A stretch of DNA of 64,000 bases from the human T2T-CHM13v2.0 reference genome, Homo sapiens: assembly GCF_009914755.1 (NCBI RefSeq), contig NC_060933.1; one strand, given 5' to 3'. Both the position numbers and the translations under genes were made by a program. Shown here in pieces: positions 1-27,589 of this stretch. The notes beneath the pieces were generated by a model, which searched no databases, had not been told where the DNA came from, and saw nothing but the letters and a program-made list of their open reading frames with translations. The stretch's first letter is position 1, and every line of letters begins with the position of its first letter.

Positions 1-345
1 TTGCCTAAAAGGTAGGTATAAGCCACACTAAGCTTAGAAAAACAAAATTCAGAGCAGCCCACTTTCTCTGACCATATTCCTGCCAGATATGCAAGTCCTA
101 GCCCTATCACAGCTGCCCCAAATGGAGTAAGTCCCCTGTTTCCCAGGGCTGTCTCACGACCTCGCCCCAAACTAGGGCCAGATTACATCCCAGAAATTCT
201 CTACAGCTTCTTTTCCGCTGAAAATCTTTATCTAACGATGACAATATTGACCTTCTCTTAGATGGCTAGTTTTGTGCTTGCTACTCAGATTTCAAAGCTA
301 AGCAATATATTTTTTTTCCCACTGCATAAATAAATGGTAGAATAA

Positions 346-710
<365 letters not shown>

Positions 711-780
711 CATTTTCAAATTTTTATAATAAAAGTATTAAAGAGGCCAGGTGAGGTGGCTCACGTCTGTAATCACAGCA

Positions 781-1300
781 GGAGACGGGATAAGGGTAAT
801 CACCCCAGCACCTGGACTCATTTAGATTAAATAAATTTACTGAGGCTCCAGAGGAAGGGCTTCAGGACTCAGACCTTAGTTATAGATTAAAAGAAGTTAA
901 TCACTAATGTCTTCAGATGAATTCACACTTACACATAGACATATAGCTTAGCCGGGCGTGGTGGCTCATGCCTGTAATCCCAGATTTCAGGGAGGCAGAG
1001 GTGGGAGGATAGCTTGAGCCCAGGAGTTTGAGGCTTGCCTGGGCAATATAATGATACCCTGTTCTCCACAAAAAGGAAAAAAAAAGCAGACAAAACAAAC
1101 AAACAAAAAAGACATATAGCTTTGAAGGTGTATAAGCTCTGGAAAACTTTGTAATTTTGAGTTGTTCTGGCAATAGTTTCCAGGCCTTCTCCCTGTAACT
1201 GGTTGCAGAAAATAAAAACTCTCTTCCTCCCCAGTTCGTCTGCATCTCACTACTGGGCCACAAGAAATAGCAGCCTAACCCTCAGTTTGGTCAGGGGACA
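781..1300 (+). mobile_element. ERV1-type LTR remnant (LTR15-like), between an Alu head (745-780) and an Alu tail (1301-1350)
   Basis: TATA-like GTATAAG at ~1130, AATAAA at 1211, ends ...GGTCAGGGGACA. Family name from recall. Confidence 0.6.
950..1109 (+). pseudogene. BC200 (BCYRN1) RNA retrocopy
   Basis: Monomer carries BC200-diagnostic GGATAGCTTGAGCCCAGG, TGCCTGGGCAATATA and GTTCTCCA(C)AAAAAGGAAAAAAAAA. TSD AGACATATAGCTT at 937-949 and 1110-1122. The unique C-rich 3' domain is absent. Confidence 0.85.
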
Positions 1301-1545
1301 ACTGCACTCCAGTGTGGGTGACAGAGCAAGACTCTGTCTCAAAATAAACAAAAGAAAGCAGAAGAGGACTTGGGTAAGTGTTTGAAAAACAGAGGAGGTA
1401 TGTGTGCACCAGGGGGCAGGAATCTTGAAGGTCATCTCAGAATTCTACCTGCCCCAGAGATATTTAGGGTAAACAGGTGGGTAAAAATTGGAGCTCACTG
1501 GAGGATCAGGCACCAAAGAATTTGACTATAAGAAATCCTTTATCT

Positions 1546-1865
1546 GGCCAGGTGTGGTGGCTCATGCCTGTAATCCCAACACTTAGGGAGGGCAAGGCAA
1601 GTGGATCACTTAAGGTCAGGAGTTTGACACCAGCCTGGCCAACATGGCAAAACCCCATCTCTACTAAAAATACAAAAATTAGTCGGGCATGGTGGTGTGC
1701 ACCTGTAGTCCCCGCTACTTGGGAGGCTGAGGCAGGAGAATCACCTAAACCCAGGAGGCAGAGTTGCAGTAAGCTGAGATCACGCCACTACACTCCAGCC
1801 TGGACGACAGGCTTTTTTTGAGACTCTGTCTCAAAAAAAAAAAAAAAAAAAAAAGAAAAGAAAAA
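1546..1865 (+). mobile_element. AluS, full length
   Basis: Dimer with poly(A); TSD AGAAATCCTTTATCT. Confidence 0.95.
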
Positions 1866-2089
1866 AGAAATCCTTTATCTGGTACATTAATGTGCTAAGC
1901 TTGTTATTCAAGCTAGATGTTATTATGTAGGGACTTTATTTTTACGTAGCCATCATTGTATTGATCTCAAAAACTCTCTTTTGTTCAAAGCCTAAGTAAC
2001 CTCAACCCCTAAAATTGGGGCGCCTCCCTGATACATGAGCTGTGGACCAGTAGTGCGGCAGAGGCAGAGCAGGCCAGCTGTTCTTGGTT

Positions 2090-2527
2090 TGCCCCCAGAC
2101 TCGCTTTTGGCCAGGGAGGCTGCCCCTGACTCCACCGCCCCCAAGGGGCAGCATCACCTGAGCTCCCTTGCCTCTGGCTTCTAGCTGGGGTCAGCCAGCA
2201 CAAGGCAACAGTAAGGAACAAGGGTGGGAGGAGAGAAAGATGACAAGGAAGTTGTTCTGCTCCTCCTCCCTTGCTGCAGCCTGGACTGGCTGTGTTCCAT
2301 GTGGTCCTGTCCCTGGCTCCAAGCCCTCACCAGCTTCTGATCCCAGCAAACATTCTTCTTGCCCTTCAGGGCTGGGAGTAACCACTACCCAGTCTTTATA
2401 GTCCCTGGTGCCTCCCCATCCTTTGTTGGTTTCTTTACCCAACTCTATAAAGAATCTCTTCATTAAACTCTTTTCAGATAAATTATTAATACCTTTAGTG
2501 TGTCCTGCCAGGATTGTGACAGATACA
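2090..2527 (+). mobile_element. Old ERVL LTR (LTR33-like)
   Basis: CTCCCTTGCCTCTGGCTTCTAGCTGGGGTCAGCCA and 3' end CATTAAACTC...GTGTGTCCTGCCAGGATTGTGACAGATACA. Confidence 0.6.
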
Positions 2528-2670
2528 GACAGATGACACATGAGTGATCTTCCTCTGTCTTTTGATTCCTGGATGTTATTTATATTTTGATGTATTTAGA
2601 ACAAACATACATACATGTATATGTATACATAAAGAGCCTTAAACATCTAACAACTAAATGACCTGACCTA

Positions 2671-3016
<346 letters not shown>

Positions 3017-3159
3017 TCATAGAAATCAGACACACCGAGGCCTATGATGGTGAAGATGTGGGAATCCATCTCCTCTGTTTGTGCTCTCTGGTTCCCAGTC
3101 TCTAAGATATCCCCAAAACGAGAGTGTCTGAAAAGATAAATAGAGATGCTTCCAGCACA

Positions 3160-3590
3160 GTTGTTGCACAACAAACTACATCAAAACTTAGTGGCTTAAA
3201 ACAACCACCACGTCTTTAGCCCACAGATCTGTGATTCGGGCAGGGCTTGGTGGGACGGCACAGCTTTGCTCCATGTGATGGAACCTTGTGGTGGCTGCAC
3301 GTTGGTGCCCTAGACAGTGGCCCCAGAGTAGCCAGTCCACTTGGACAGTGGCTTAGGGCTCCTGAGAGAGAGCCAAGCAGAAGCTGGGTTGCTCTGAAGA
3401 TTTGACCAACCTAGGCTCATTCCCTCCTGTTGCCCTCATTTCCTCCTGTTGCCTTGCTCTGGCTGACCCCAGCAAGGAAGCTCAGGTGATGCTGCCCATG
3501 GGGGTTGGCAGTGGGGGGAAGCCTCTCTGGCCAAAAGTGAGTCTGGGGGGAAACCAAGAAGCCACGCAGTTTCTTCCTCTGGCCGGAGTC
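3160..3590 (-). mobile_element. MaLR LTR (old MLT1)
   Basis: AACAAACTACATCAAAACTTAGTGGCTTAAAACAAC, typical antisense MLT1 3' end. Confidence 0.6.
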
Positions 3591-4483
3591 ACAAAGGCTC
3601 AACCTGGTTACAGGTGAGAGAACAGAGATGCAACGTCTTGGTCGGGGGTGACAAGGCTCAGGAGGAGCCCATGGGACCAGAAATGCAGTTGTGGCCAATC
3701 TGAACAAATAGAATCTGCCACAAAGACATTAAGGAAATCAATCCCCAAGTGTGAGAATCAACAGCGCCCACTCCATGGCGCCCTGCTACAGTCATGTTGT
3801 AGCGCCCTCCCTCCCCAGGCCTGCACGGCAGCAGCTAGAACGCGACTGCACACTCAGGCTGCTTTAGAGACCTTGTCACCTTTACACCATTGCACGAAGG
3901 CATTACTGCCTTGTTCTGCATTAAATCTCAGCTGTCACATAAATCAGTGACAACTACCAGTTAATTACTTCTGGAAGAAAGCTACACAGAGTTTCATTTT
4001 TTTTTCTTTGCTAGTGATGAATAATTTTCCTTTGAATCACACATTGGAATATGGCAGAATATGGTCCTTTCATTTTCAAAACCTTGCATCGGTGACAAAA
4101 AATAAAATAAAGGAGAGATCTTGCGTATCCATCACACTGGAAGCTGAGCACCGTATTCCATTGCATAGTTTCCAGAATTCCCACGTGTGCGTGAATGTAC
4201 ATGAGCATTCCCTGTCAATGTCACTTTAAGGGCAAATCTTTCTCCCCCTCCATCAGACAGTCTTCACCAAACAAGCATTTCTGGAGTAACCTACTCTTCA
4301 AGAACAACCTGGAGTGCACGCTGGGTCCTGTGGGCGCAAAGGTTACAATGATAGAGACTATTCTGGCTGTGCTGAGACCTGCAGCCCAGGCTGGATCCAG
4401 TGTCCAGCGAGCCTGAGGCCTGTCCATTCTACAAGTCCATACATTCATGATGCTCATCTCTCCCTCAAGACTTGCCAAACTCT

Positions 4484-4782
4484 GACCAGGCGTGGTGGCT
4501 CACACCTGTAATCCCAGCACTTTGGGAGGCTGAGGCTGGCAGATCTCCTGAGGTCAGGAGTTCAAGACCAGCCTGGCCAACATGCCTAAACCCTGTCTCT
4601 ACTAAAAACACAAAAAATTCACTGGGTGTGGTGGTGCATGCCTGTAATCCCAGCTACTCAGAAGGCTAAGGCAGGAGAATAGTTTGAACCCAGGAGGGAG
4701 GTTGCAGTGGGCCGAGATGACACTATTTCACTCCAGCCTGGCTAAAAGAGTGAGACCCCATCTCAAAAAATAACAACAAAAA
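4484..4782 (+). mobile_element. AluS
   Basis: Full dimer; TSD AAGA(C/G)TTGCCAAACTCT. Confidence 0.95.
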
Positions 4783-5889
4783 AGAGTTGCCAAACTCTGC
4801 TCAAGGTCTCCTCTGTGATTCCAGGTTTCTTGCCTCTCGATGGGCACACAGTGGTAACCCCTCCTTCACGCAATTCAACCCGCCTAGGTGCTCCTGCCCT
4901 TTGTCTCATCTCCCATCTCTCCTCCTAGTTCCCCTTTAATTGTCCCCCTTTGGTCTACTAATGAATCAATAACTCCATTGTCCAGATTTGGGGAAAAGCT
5001 CTTCCCAGTTCCTCCCATGACTAAAACCTGTTTTTCTCTAAGATGTCCCAAACCTTGAAGCCGTCTCTAAGAGACCTTCTCCAATCTTTTAGTCATCCTG
5101 GGGGCCAGAAAGGCCTTTTGCCCACCTGTCTTCAGCAATCCCGTCTTGGACTCTCTCTTTCTCCTCCCGAAAGCCCCGTCTCACTGCTGACACCACGTCT
5201 CCCCCATGTCCCTCTGCTGTCTCCAGGGCCTGTGCCTCCCTGAGGCTTGCCCAGCATTGATGCCTTCAGCACTCTCGAGAATCCTTTGAAGAATTTTCAT
5301 TTCAAAACCCTTGGCTGCCCTCAAATGGCCTTCCAAACCTGCTGGGCAGGTGGCAGTAGCTACCCTTGACCCATGAGAAACCCCAGCTTGCAAAGGTGTC
5401 CTGACGAGCCCTCCCACCTTACAGTCCAAGTGACAGGGCACAGGCTGAACGCAGGTACCTGGTCCCATAGAGCTGTTTATGGTTGGCCCAGCCTAAGGCA
5501 ACTGTGATTTAGTACAGTTTGGGAGGACACGTCTGAAGTCATCAGACACCCTTAACCCTGCTCCCAAACCACCCCCGTTTCAGTGCCTCCATCTCCCATT
5601 GATGGTGACGCTGGGATGTTGTCTACTCCTCAGCATGGCAGTGAGCGAAACTCACACAGTCCATTCATTTGTATTAGTACATATGTTGAAATGTGTTCTC
5701 ACTGATCAAAAATAAATTCCAGTGCATGGTTTTCACACACAGCATAATGTTGTGTCTGTAAGATGATAACAGACAAACTCATTAGCTAAAAATGCTCTGC
5801 ATAAAGTGGGGGCTGAGAAGTAGGCAAGAGAAATCAGTAGCTGAGATTCTACATAAAAAAACATCTGTTAAGACTGAGGGACCAGGCCT

Positions 5890-6030
5890 GGCTGCTTACA
5901 GTGGCATCTCCTGGGAACTTGTGAGAAAATGCAGAGATTCAGCTCACCCTTGAGCTGTTGAATCAAAACCTTCATTCAACAATACCCCCAGGTGATTCGT
6001 GTCCACATTAGTTTGATGAGCACAGGCTGG
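5890..6030. mobile_element. MER5A-like hAT-Charlie DNA transposon relic
   Basis: CTGGGAACTTGTGAGAAAATGCAGA...GAATCAAAAC...CCCCAGGTGATTCGTGTCCACATTAGTTTGA. Confidence 0.6.
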
Positions 6031-6060
6031 ATGACAGAGAAGGTGGGAGGAGGGAGTGTG

Positions 6061-7530
<1,470 letters not shown>

Positions 7531-7689
7531 GGGTGAGTGGGAACCCCCAGAGGAGGGGGAGGCTAGAGAGCCTGACAGGAGAATTGGCAGCCCAGAAAAT
7601 CCAGAGGCTGCGCAAGTCATACTTGCACTCAGAATACTTTTAGGAGCATCCCACCTGTTCACCCCTATTCCTACAGGCTGAGGAAAGCC

Positions 7690-8458
7690 ATAGGAAGCTG
7701 AGCGGGGGTCTCCCTTACCACACTCTGACATCAAATGTATAGTGTTTATTCCACGCCAATTCTCTAACTCTCTGACACCAGCTGGTTGGCCTACAGTTCA
7801 ATTCAATTCTGACGCCATCTACCTGGAGATAGCACAGACTCCACAAGTTGAGAGCTCTGTCCCACAAGACTCCTGCCCCCCTTCAGATGCCAGTCACAAG
7901 TCCCAGACCACCTGTACCTCTGATTGACTGGCTATAAATCGGGGGTTCCTGCAACATCTCCTTCAGTTTGATAATTTGCCAGATGGACTCACAGAACCTG
8001 GAAACATTTGTTAAGTTTATTTACTGATTTGTTATAAAGGATACAACTCGGGAACAGCCAGATGGAAGAGCTGCACAGGGCAAAATATGTAGTAAGAGGG
8101 TGGAGCTTCCACGTCCTCTTTGGGTAACCCACTCCCAGCACCCATATATTCACCAGCCCAGAAGCTCTCTGAACCCTGTCATTTAGGGAGGTTTCATTAG
8201 GAGGTTTGATTATGTAGGCATAATTGATAATCATTGGCAATTGGTGATCAACTCAACCACCAGCTCCTTTCCCTCTAATCTTGCCTTGGTCTTTTGGCCA
8301 CCAGCCCCCATCCTGAAGCTACTTAGGGACCCCAGGCATCAGTCATCTTGTTAGCATACAAAGACACTCCTATCCTTCAGGACACTCCAAGGGTTTTAAG
8401 AGCTGTATGCCAGGAACTGGGGACAAAGACCAAATATTTATTTTTTTATTATATCACA
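7690..8458 (-). mobile_element. MER21-type LTR (3' LTR)
   Basis: Minus strand begins TGTGATATAATAA...ATATTTGGTCTTTGTCCCC, the MER21 start; preceded by the PPT. Confidence 0.85.
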
Positions 8459-8564
8459 GGTCACTCCCTGGTCTTTGACCATGGCTACCTTATTGTGAAG
8501 GATCATAGAAGTCAACAGACACTGTCAAATTACTAGAATACCCTTCAGTCAAGAATAATTGGTC

Positions 8565-8883
<319 letters not shown>

Positions 8884-9169
8884 TTATATGAAAATATCTC
8901 ACAGGTTTGCAGGCTGCCATTCCACCTTGTCAGCTTCTGGAAACAGGTGTGGTCTCTGCAAATATAGCTTTGTCCTTTCAGGCCTCTGAGCTAAGAGACA
9001 TTATCATCTCTTCCTCTGAGCCATTTTCAAAGTATTAATATGACATTGAGTTTCCCTTATTACATAACCCACTTATTCATTTCTTTACCTTTAGCTATTC
9101 TCCTCCTTTTCATTTATACCCAAACTTTTCCACCTTGGGAGGGACATTAGGTTTGGCCACTCTGCTAGT

Positions 9170-9625
9170 CCAGATTGCAGGCAGCAGTATAGTCTAGAGA
9201 GAGCCGTCGTCTCAGTCCATTCCCATTCAGAGAGGGTAAGGTTACACAGGTGCAGGATGAGTGGGCTACTTTCACCATCAGGCAAGATAGCTGCATTGAC
9301 TGTTAGCCCCAATTTGTCAAATCGGGTGAAGGCACAGCCTACCCCATCAGGCCTTTTGGAATTCTGTCATAAAGTTTAAAAATATAGTTACGGCTTCTAG
9401 GCCTGGCGCGGTGGCTCACGCCTGTAATCCCAGCACTTTGGGAGGCTGAGGCAGGCGGATCATGAGGTCAGGAGATTGAGACCATCCTGGCTAACATGGT
9501 GAAACCCCATCTCTACTAAATATACAAAAAATTAGCCTGGGCGACAGAGCGAGACTCTGTCTCAAAAAAAAAAAAAGTAGTTACGGCTTCTTATTCAGGA
9601 ACCATCCCTGCTATAGTCACAGCCT
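9170..9625 (-). pseudogene. ERVL dUTPase-like relic (split by Alu 9400-9576)
   Basis: GLTVNAAILPDGESSPLILHLCNLTLSEWEWTETTALSRL aligns to the recalled HERV-L dUTPase GVTVLAGVIDPDYQDEISLLLHNGGKEEYAWNTGDPLGRL; located 3' of integrase as in ERVL. Confidence 0.65.
9400..9576 (+). mobile_element. AluY-like element lacking most of the right arm
   Basis: AAAAATTAGCC|TGGGCGACAGAGC junction; TSD TAGTTACGGCTTCT at 9385-9398 and 9578-9591. Confidence 0.9.
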
Positions 9626-9795
9626 GATCCTCTGACCATTGCATCTGGTGGGGAAAAAAAAACTGAGGTGAGGTGGAGAAAAAAGAAAAAATTATAGTTG
9701 TTAAACCAGTGTACTCCTCTGTTGGCAAGAATTGCATAGACATATCAGCATCGTCCCCACCCCCTCTTCCCCAGATCCACAGAAAGAGAAATATC

Positions 9796-10107
9796 GGCTG
9801 AGCTTGGTGGCTCATGCCTGTAATCCCAACACTTTGGGAGGCTGAGGTGGGCAGATAACCTGGAGCCAGGAGTTCGAGACCAGCCTGGCCAACATGGCGA
9901 TACCCCATCTCTATAAAAAATACAAAAATTACTCAGGTATGGTGGTGAGTGCCTGTAATCCCAGCTTCTTGGGGAGCTAAGGCAGGAGAATCACTTGAAC
10001 CCGGGAGGTAGAGGTTGCAGTGAGCCAAGATCTCGCAGCCTGGGTGCACTGCACTTTAACCTGGGTGACAGAGCAAGACTCTATCTCAAAAAAAAAAAAA
10101 AAGAGAG
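9796..10107 (+). mobile_element. AluS
   Basis: Dimer; TSD AGAGAAATATC. Confidence 0.9.
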
Positions 10108-10132
10108 AGAGAAATATCTATTGGGGTCATTC

Positions 10133-17235
<7,103 letters not shown>

Positions 17236-17401
17236 CTTTATACTCCACACAGGGCTATCCCACTGAGGGTCTGTCTCTCCTAGCCTTCCACCTTCTACTC
17301 CGCACTGTGTGAGCTCAGGCAATCTTTCTGCTCCCCACACAGCATGTCCAATTAATATTGCTTGAAAAGCAAATTTAATGCCTTCTGTTTTATAGCAGCA
17401 G

Positions 17402-17810
17402 TTCCCCAGTCAGATACCACGTCCATCTCCGTAAGCCATTCAGGTAAAAGAGACACAGCAACTTCAAACATACCCATTTTTATTCTTACTTTCCCCTTAA
17501 TCCCATCAATCCTGATATTCCTAAGTGAAGCCTCCATTAGGACTTCCCCAACAATTTTTGGTTTTACAATACTAGGTAGAGGAGGCATTCCACAGTCAAA
17601 CATGATATCCACTCCCATAAAACATTCAGGAAGAGGAGACACAACCTCTTCACATAAAACCTGTTTAATACCCCAATTTTCATGCAATCTTTCATCCTAA
17701 TCCCACCAATCCTTTCATTTCTATATTCTCTCAGTATAATTGCTGCTGAGTTAGGGCTTCACCAACAAGCACTGGCACCACAGTGTGTGGGGATCCCTTA
17801 TCAAGGGGTC
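17402..17810 (-). pseudogene. ERVL protease relic, present as two tandem copies
   Basis: PLDKG (degenerate DTG) at ~17795-17808; VVSPLPECFMGVDIM and VAVSLLPEWLTEMDVV both match ERVL VVISPVPECIIGIDIL. Confidence 0.75.
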
Positions 17811-17899
17811 CCTGACTCTCCCCTCTGCCTTTCCTCATTCACTTATTCATTAACCCAGTATTTTTATTAGCACCTGTAAAACACATGGCAAGGAAGCTG

Positions 17900-19110
<1,211 letters not shown>

Positions 19111-19181
19111 CTTTTCTCTTCCCAAACCATATGCTTCTGTGAGCCAGGGCCTTTCTAGCAAATCTCACGTTTTCGACACCA

Positions 19182-20176
<995 letters not shown>

Positions 20177-20900
20177 TTTGTTTTTGTTTTTCGGCCTCAT
20201 CTTAAATTTTTACATTACCTTAGAGAGAGGGGCATCCTTGTAATGCTGTCTTCCTCTCTCAGGACTGAACATGTCTCTTTATCTACTCAAGTTCCCTGTC
20301 TGTTCCTTTGTTCATTTGAAGCTTTTCTCTGGGTACTCCTGTACATTTCCAGGTGTGTATTCTGACATATTTCTTCTCCTTCTTGCTATGCTAAATGTGA
20401 CTCTTTCTTCCATCAGTGTTTGAGGACCATTGCTTCAGGTGTGAAGCATTTTGGCAATCTATTACTAGAGAGCCCCTCTCAGTGAAGAGTCTGCCTGCTG
20501 CTCACCCCAGAATCCTGCGTGCGTGCTCAGCCTCCTGTGACCCCCTCTTCTTGCCGCCTAGTCCCCGTGTGGTGGAAGGGTGGTGATGCCCAGGACACAG
20601 GGGCTGCTCCAGGCTCATCTGGACCCAACCCCTCCAACCCCTTTCATCACCTTTCAGAATGAAAAGGCAAATCCATATTTGGGGGCTACAAAGTCTTATT
20701 TCTGAGGGGAATATCTTAAAAGCCTTTTTTTCCTGCCTTGAGGAACTTTTCCAGATATAGCCAAATATAACCAATCTCTGACAACGTTTAGATGTGATGT
20801 GTAATTAATAGGTGCCACTGAAATAAACTGCAAAACTTGGTTGTGAAATCCTTGAAACCGCCTTAATGTCTGTATTATTGTCATAAGCTATTTGACTCTA

Positions 20901-21292
<392 letters not shown>

Positions 21293-21603
21293 TTACATGG
21301 CCATCTGATCTTGTTGGGGCATTCGCTTCTACTTGTATCTCTGGCAACTTTTTCTTTCTCTTTTTGTAACCAGTGCCCTTCCTGGGAACCAGGCAAGTCT
21401 CCAGGCCCTGGCTCCTGTCTGTGTTGACACTTTCCCTTCCTGATGCATTATAGCAGGCTGTGTTTTCCAAAGATAGCTACAGAAATATCTCCCATCGCGT
21501 GTGTACTCCTACAACGTGACCTGGCCGCTTCTTCCCCGAGAGGTGAGGTCTAGGTCTCCTCCCCTTGAATTGTCCCTTTTTGCCCAGGGTATTCTCAGTA
21601 CTA

Positions 21604-22250
<647 letters not shown>

Positions 22251-22409
22251 CAGCAAAGACTCCCTGGCAAACTGGGATAGCTGGGCACCCAGCTACGGAT
22301 CTGGGTGGGTTTAGGCTAGCTCCAACCAAAACAGCAGGCTGAGACAGACATTGTGAGTTCCAAAGCTGGGTCATAAAAGCCTGGATGAGGCTTCCTCCAG
22401 GTTCTCCTA

Positions 22410-22976
22410 TGTATTAGTCACATTTTTTGTCTTCTGTATCTTATAATTATTTTTTTAGAGATGAGGTCTTGCTATGTTGTCCAGGTAGGTCTGGAACTCC
22501 TGGCCTCAAGCAATCCTTCCATCTAGGATTCAAGGCACGTGCCACCATGCCCAGGTCTTTTATAATGTTTTGACATCTTAAAAACCTGGCTGGCCAGGGA
22601 GAGACTGCCCCTCCAGGGGTTAAGCCATTCTTAGAGCTAGCCAAGGGCTTTGTGTTGAGACCCTGTCTTTCCTATGCAAACCAATCAATTCCAAGTCTAT
22701 ACCCCAGCCACCCCGTTTATCTTACTCTCACACACCAAGCCAATATTTTCCCCTGTCCTGAATCATCCCAGAGCTAGGTACCAGGCAACTAGAGACCACC
22801 CCTAAAGCCCAAAGCCTACTGGAATCATTTGAACTAGCCCATCCTAAACTGTTTCCCCTCCTCTGCTCTGCCATTCTCATGGAAGCCCCGGTAAAAGCTC
22901 TGGCCTCAGCTTCCCCCTCACTCCTGCTCCCGCCTCCTGACCAAAACCTGGCACTCGGTTTTGGGTGGTCTGCCAT
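22410..22976 (+). mobile_element. MER74-like ERVL LTR with a minus Alu monomer (22445-22556)
   Basis: GACTGCCCCTCC, ATGCAAACCAATCAAT, GGTACCAGGCAACTAGAGAC, AACTAGCCCATCCTAAAC. Confidence 0.7.
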
Positions 22977-23857
22977 GAGCAACAGAAAGCAGAACAACAT
23001 GCAGCTTGGAGGATATGGAAAAGCCAATTCTCCTTACATCATCCCAGGATTTTCAGATGGTGCTTTTTTAGGAACTAGAGGTTCTTCCAGTACTCAGGAC
23101 CACACAGGATGAAAAGCTGAGGGAAAATGCCTGTCCCCACCACCTTCCAACCAGAATAGCCGTGGTTTTCATCTGTTTTGGTTACTTCTGAGAAGAAAAA
23201 TTTCCCATGAAGAAAGAGGTTCTCTGGTTTCTGAGCATTCTTAGGCTTGAACAATGCTGGAACACTCCGCAATTTAAAAAAACTAGATAAGGAAACTGAG
23301 GTCCATGAGGGGAGGCCCCAGGCCTGGAGGCAAGCTCCAAATAACATAGAAGCCGTTCTGGTCCACTTGCAATTTTGATTATTTCATGCCCAGTGACCCA
23401 TTTTATCCCACAAATCAAGAGAAGAAACAAGCTTTGTTCCTGCCTTCTAAATTTAGCCCGTTAGGCTGGCAACTAAACTGTGTTAGGCGGTCTCCAAGCA
23501 ATACACCTGTGTTTCTCATTACGTCTTTCATTTCCATGGTTTTGATCCTTTCCCACTTTGGGAACCAATTTCCTTATCACATTTGAATAACTTCAGTGGT
23601 GAGCCAAAAAACAACCAGGATATTCACACTTAAATTCATAGCATTCAAAATCTAATGTAGTGATTCTCACTGTGTATTTTATTTTTCAAACAAGAGGGGG
23701 CCTAATTACAATAGACTCACACAGATTGCTTAATATCTAGTGCTAGGCTTTTACTGATAAGACATCACATGCAAAGCACGTTGAAATACAGCTGATGTGT
23801 CCATCAGCATGGGCGATACTCAGAAATACTCACAACTATCAAATTGCTCAGATCCCT

Positions 23858-24326
<469 letters not shown>

Positions 24327-25267
24327 ACAAAGTTGATAAGTTCTAAGCAGAGACTGGAAGAGGAAGAAAACACTTAGTGCATTGTTCGGCAAAGAAATAC
24401 TTTAGAGATAATGAAGTATTTATATTAAACATAATCTCCCCTTTTTCTACATCTCTGGGTCATAATGTCGAACAGCTGCTGTTTCTCTGTCACACGGTGA
24501 TGACGTTTTCATAAATGGCGGAGGTTTATTTGCTACCTTCATCTCGTAGTGGGACATAGGAAGTCATGGAGGAGGGGTGTTTTGGCCAAACAGAACATGG
24601 AGCGATGATTCCTGGGCCTAAATGGAAACAGACCACGCTGGGGCGCTATTAGGAAACTTCACATGCATTGACTGGATAAGCAAGAAATAGAGAAGTGCCT
24701 CTCCTCTATCCAATATTCCAGAGCCTTAGCCATAGGTCACCATACCTCACACAGGGCCAAAGAATCTTGTAATACACTGATTAGTCAACATTTGTATGCA
24801 GACAGATCCCTGTAAAAAATATTCTCCAGAGCCCTGTACCCCCATTGTACCCCTGTTGGGTGGTCAGGCCGCCTAGAGCTGAGATCAGGCTCACTGCCTT
24901 GATGTCAGGAGGTGGAGGAGGAGCAGTCGCCCTGGAACCAGTGGGTTCTTTCCCTACCTCCCTTTCATACTTGTTCCTCACTGCCTCTAGGGCTAACAGC
25001 ATGCCTAAACTCTAGCTTGCCAAGTGCCTTTGGCCATTTCCTCACTTCATCCTTATTTTAAATTTGTACAATTTCATATCTCTATAAAGCAGACATTTGA
25101 ATGACAACTGGAAAGTGATTTCAGTTCAGTCTAGTCTTCTTAATGGAAATTCCTTGTGACTCTACATTTTACTTATTTGACCCCAAATCCTTTTTTTCTT
25201 TGTCTTTTCTTGTTCTTTCTTTCTTTTTCCGAGTATCTCTCAGAAGTAGCATTTCAAAGATTCAGGA

Positions 25268-27224
<1,957 letters not shown>

Positions 27225-27589
27225 TTAAGAAGCCACTAATGAGGAGTACTCTCAGCACTATTATCTGGAAAAACAATAAATAACATTTTATGCTACTGTT
27301 GTTCAGGAAAAGGAGCCTCACCCCTATGGGAACATTGTCCTTGACTGCTGAAGGCCTCACATTCCGAGAGCTTGTCCCTGTCTGGTTGCACCTGGTAGCA
27401 ACCTATCCCATTGAACCACTGTCAGACCCTCTGGAGGGTCTAATATGGGTGATCCATAACACAAGGGGGATTTACGTTTAGCCCCTCACAGAAGGTCACT
27501 TACAACTTGGCACATCTGGTGCACTGATAAAGAGGGGATTGATTTGCAAGGCAGGGGCGGCCCACGCAGGACTTCGCAGACTTTTCAGG

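Noticed and set aside
3770-3815. Three GCGCCC motifs resembling CTCF sites
   Set aside because: Only partial matches to the CTCF core; cannot be supported without ChIP data.
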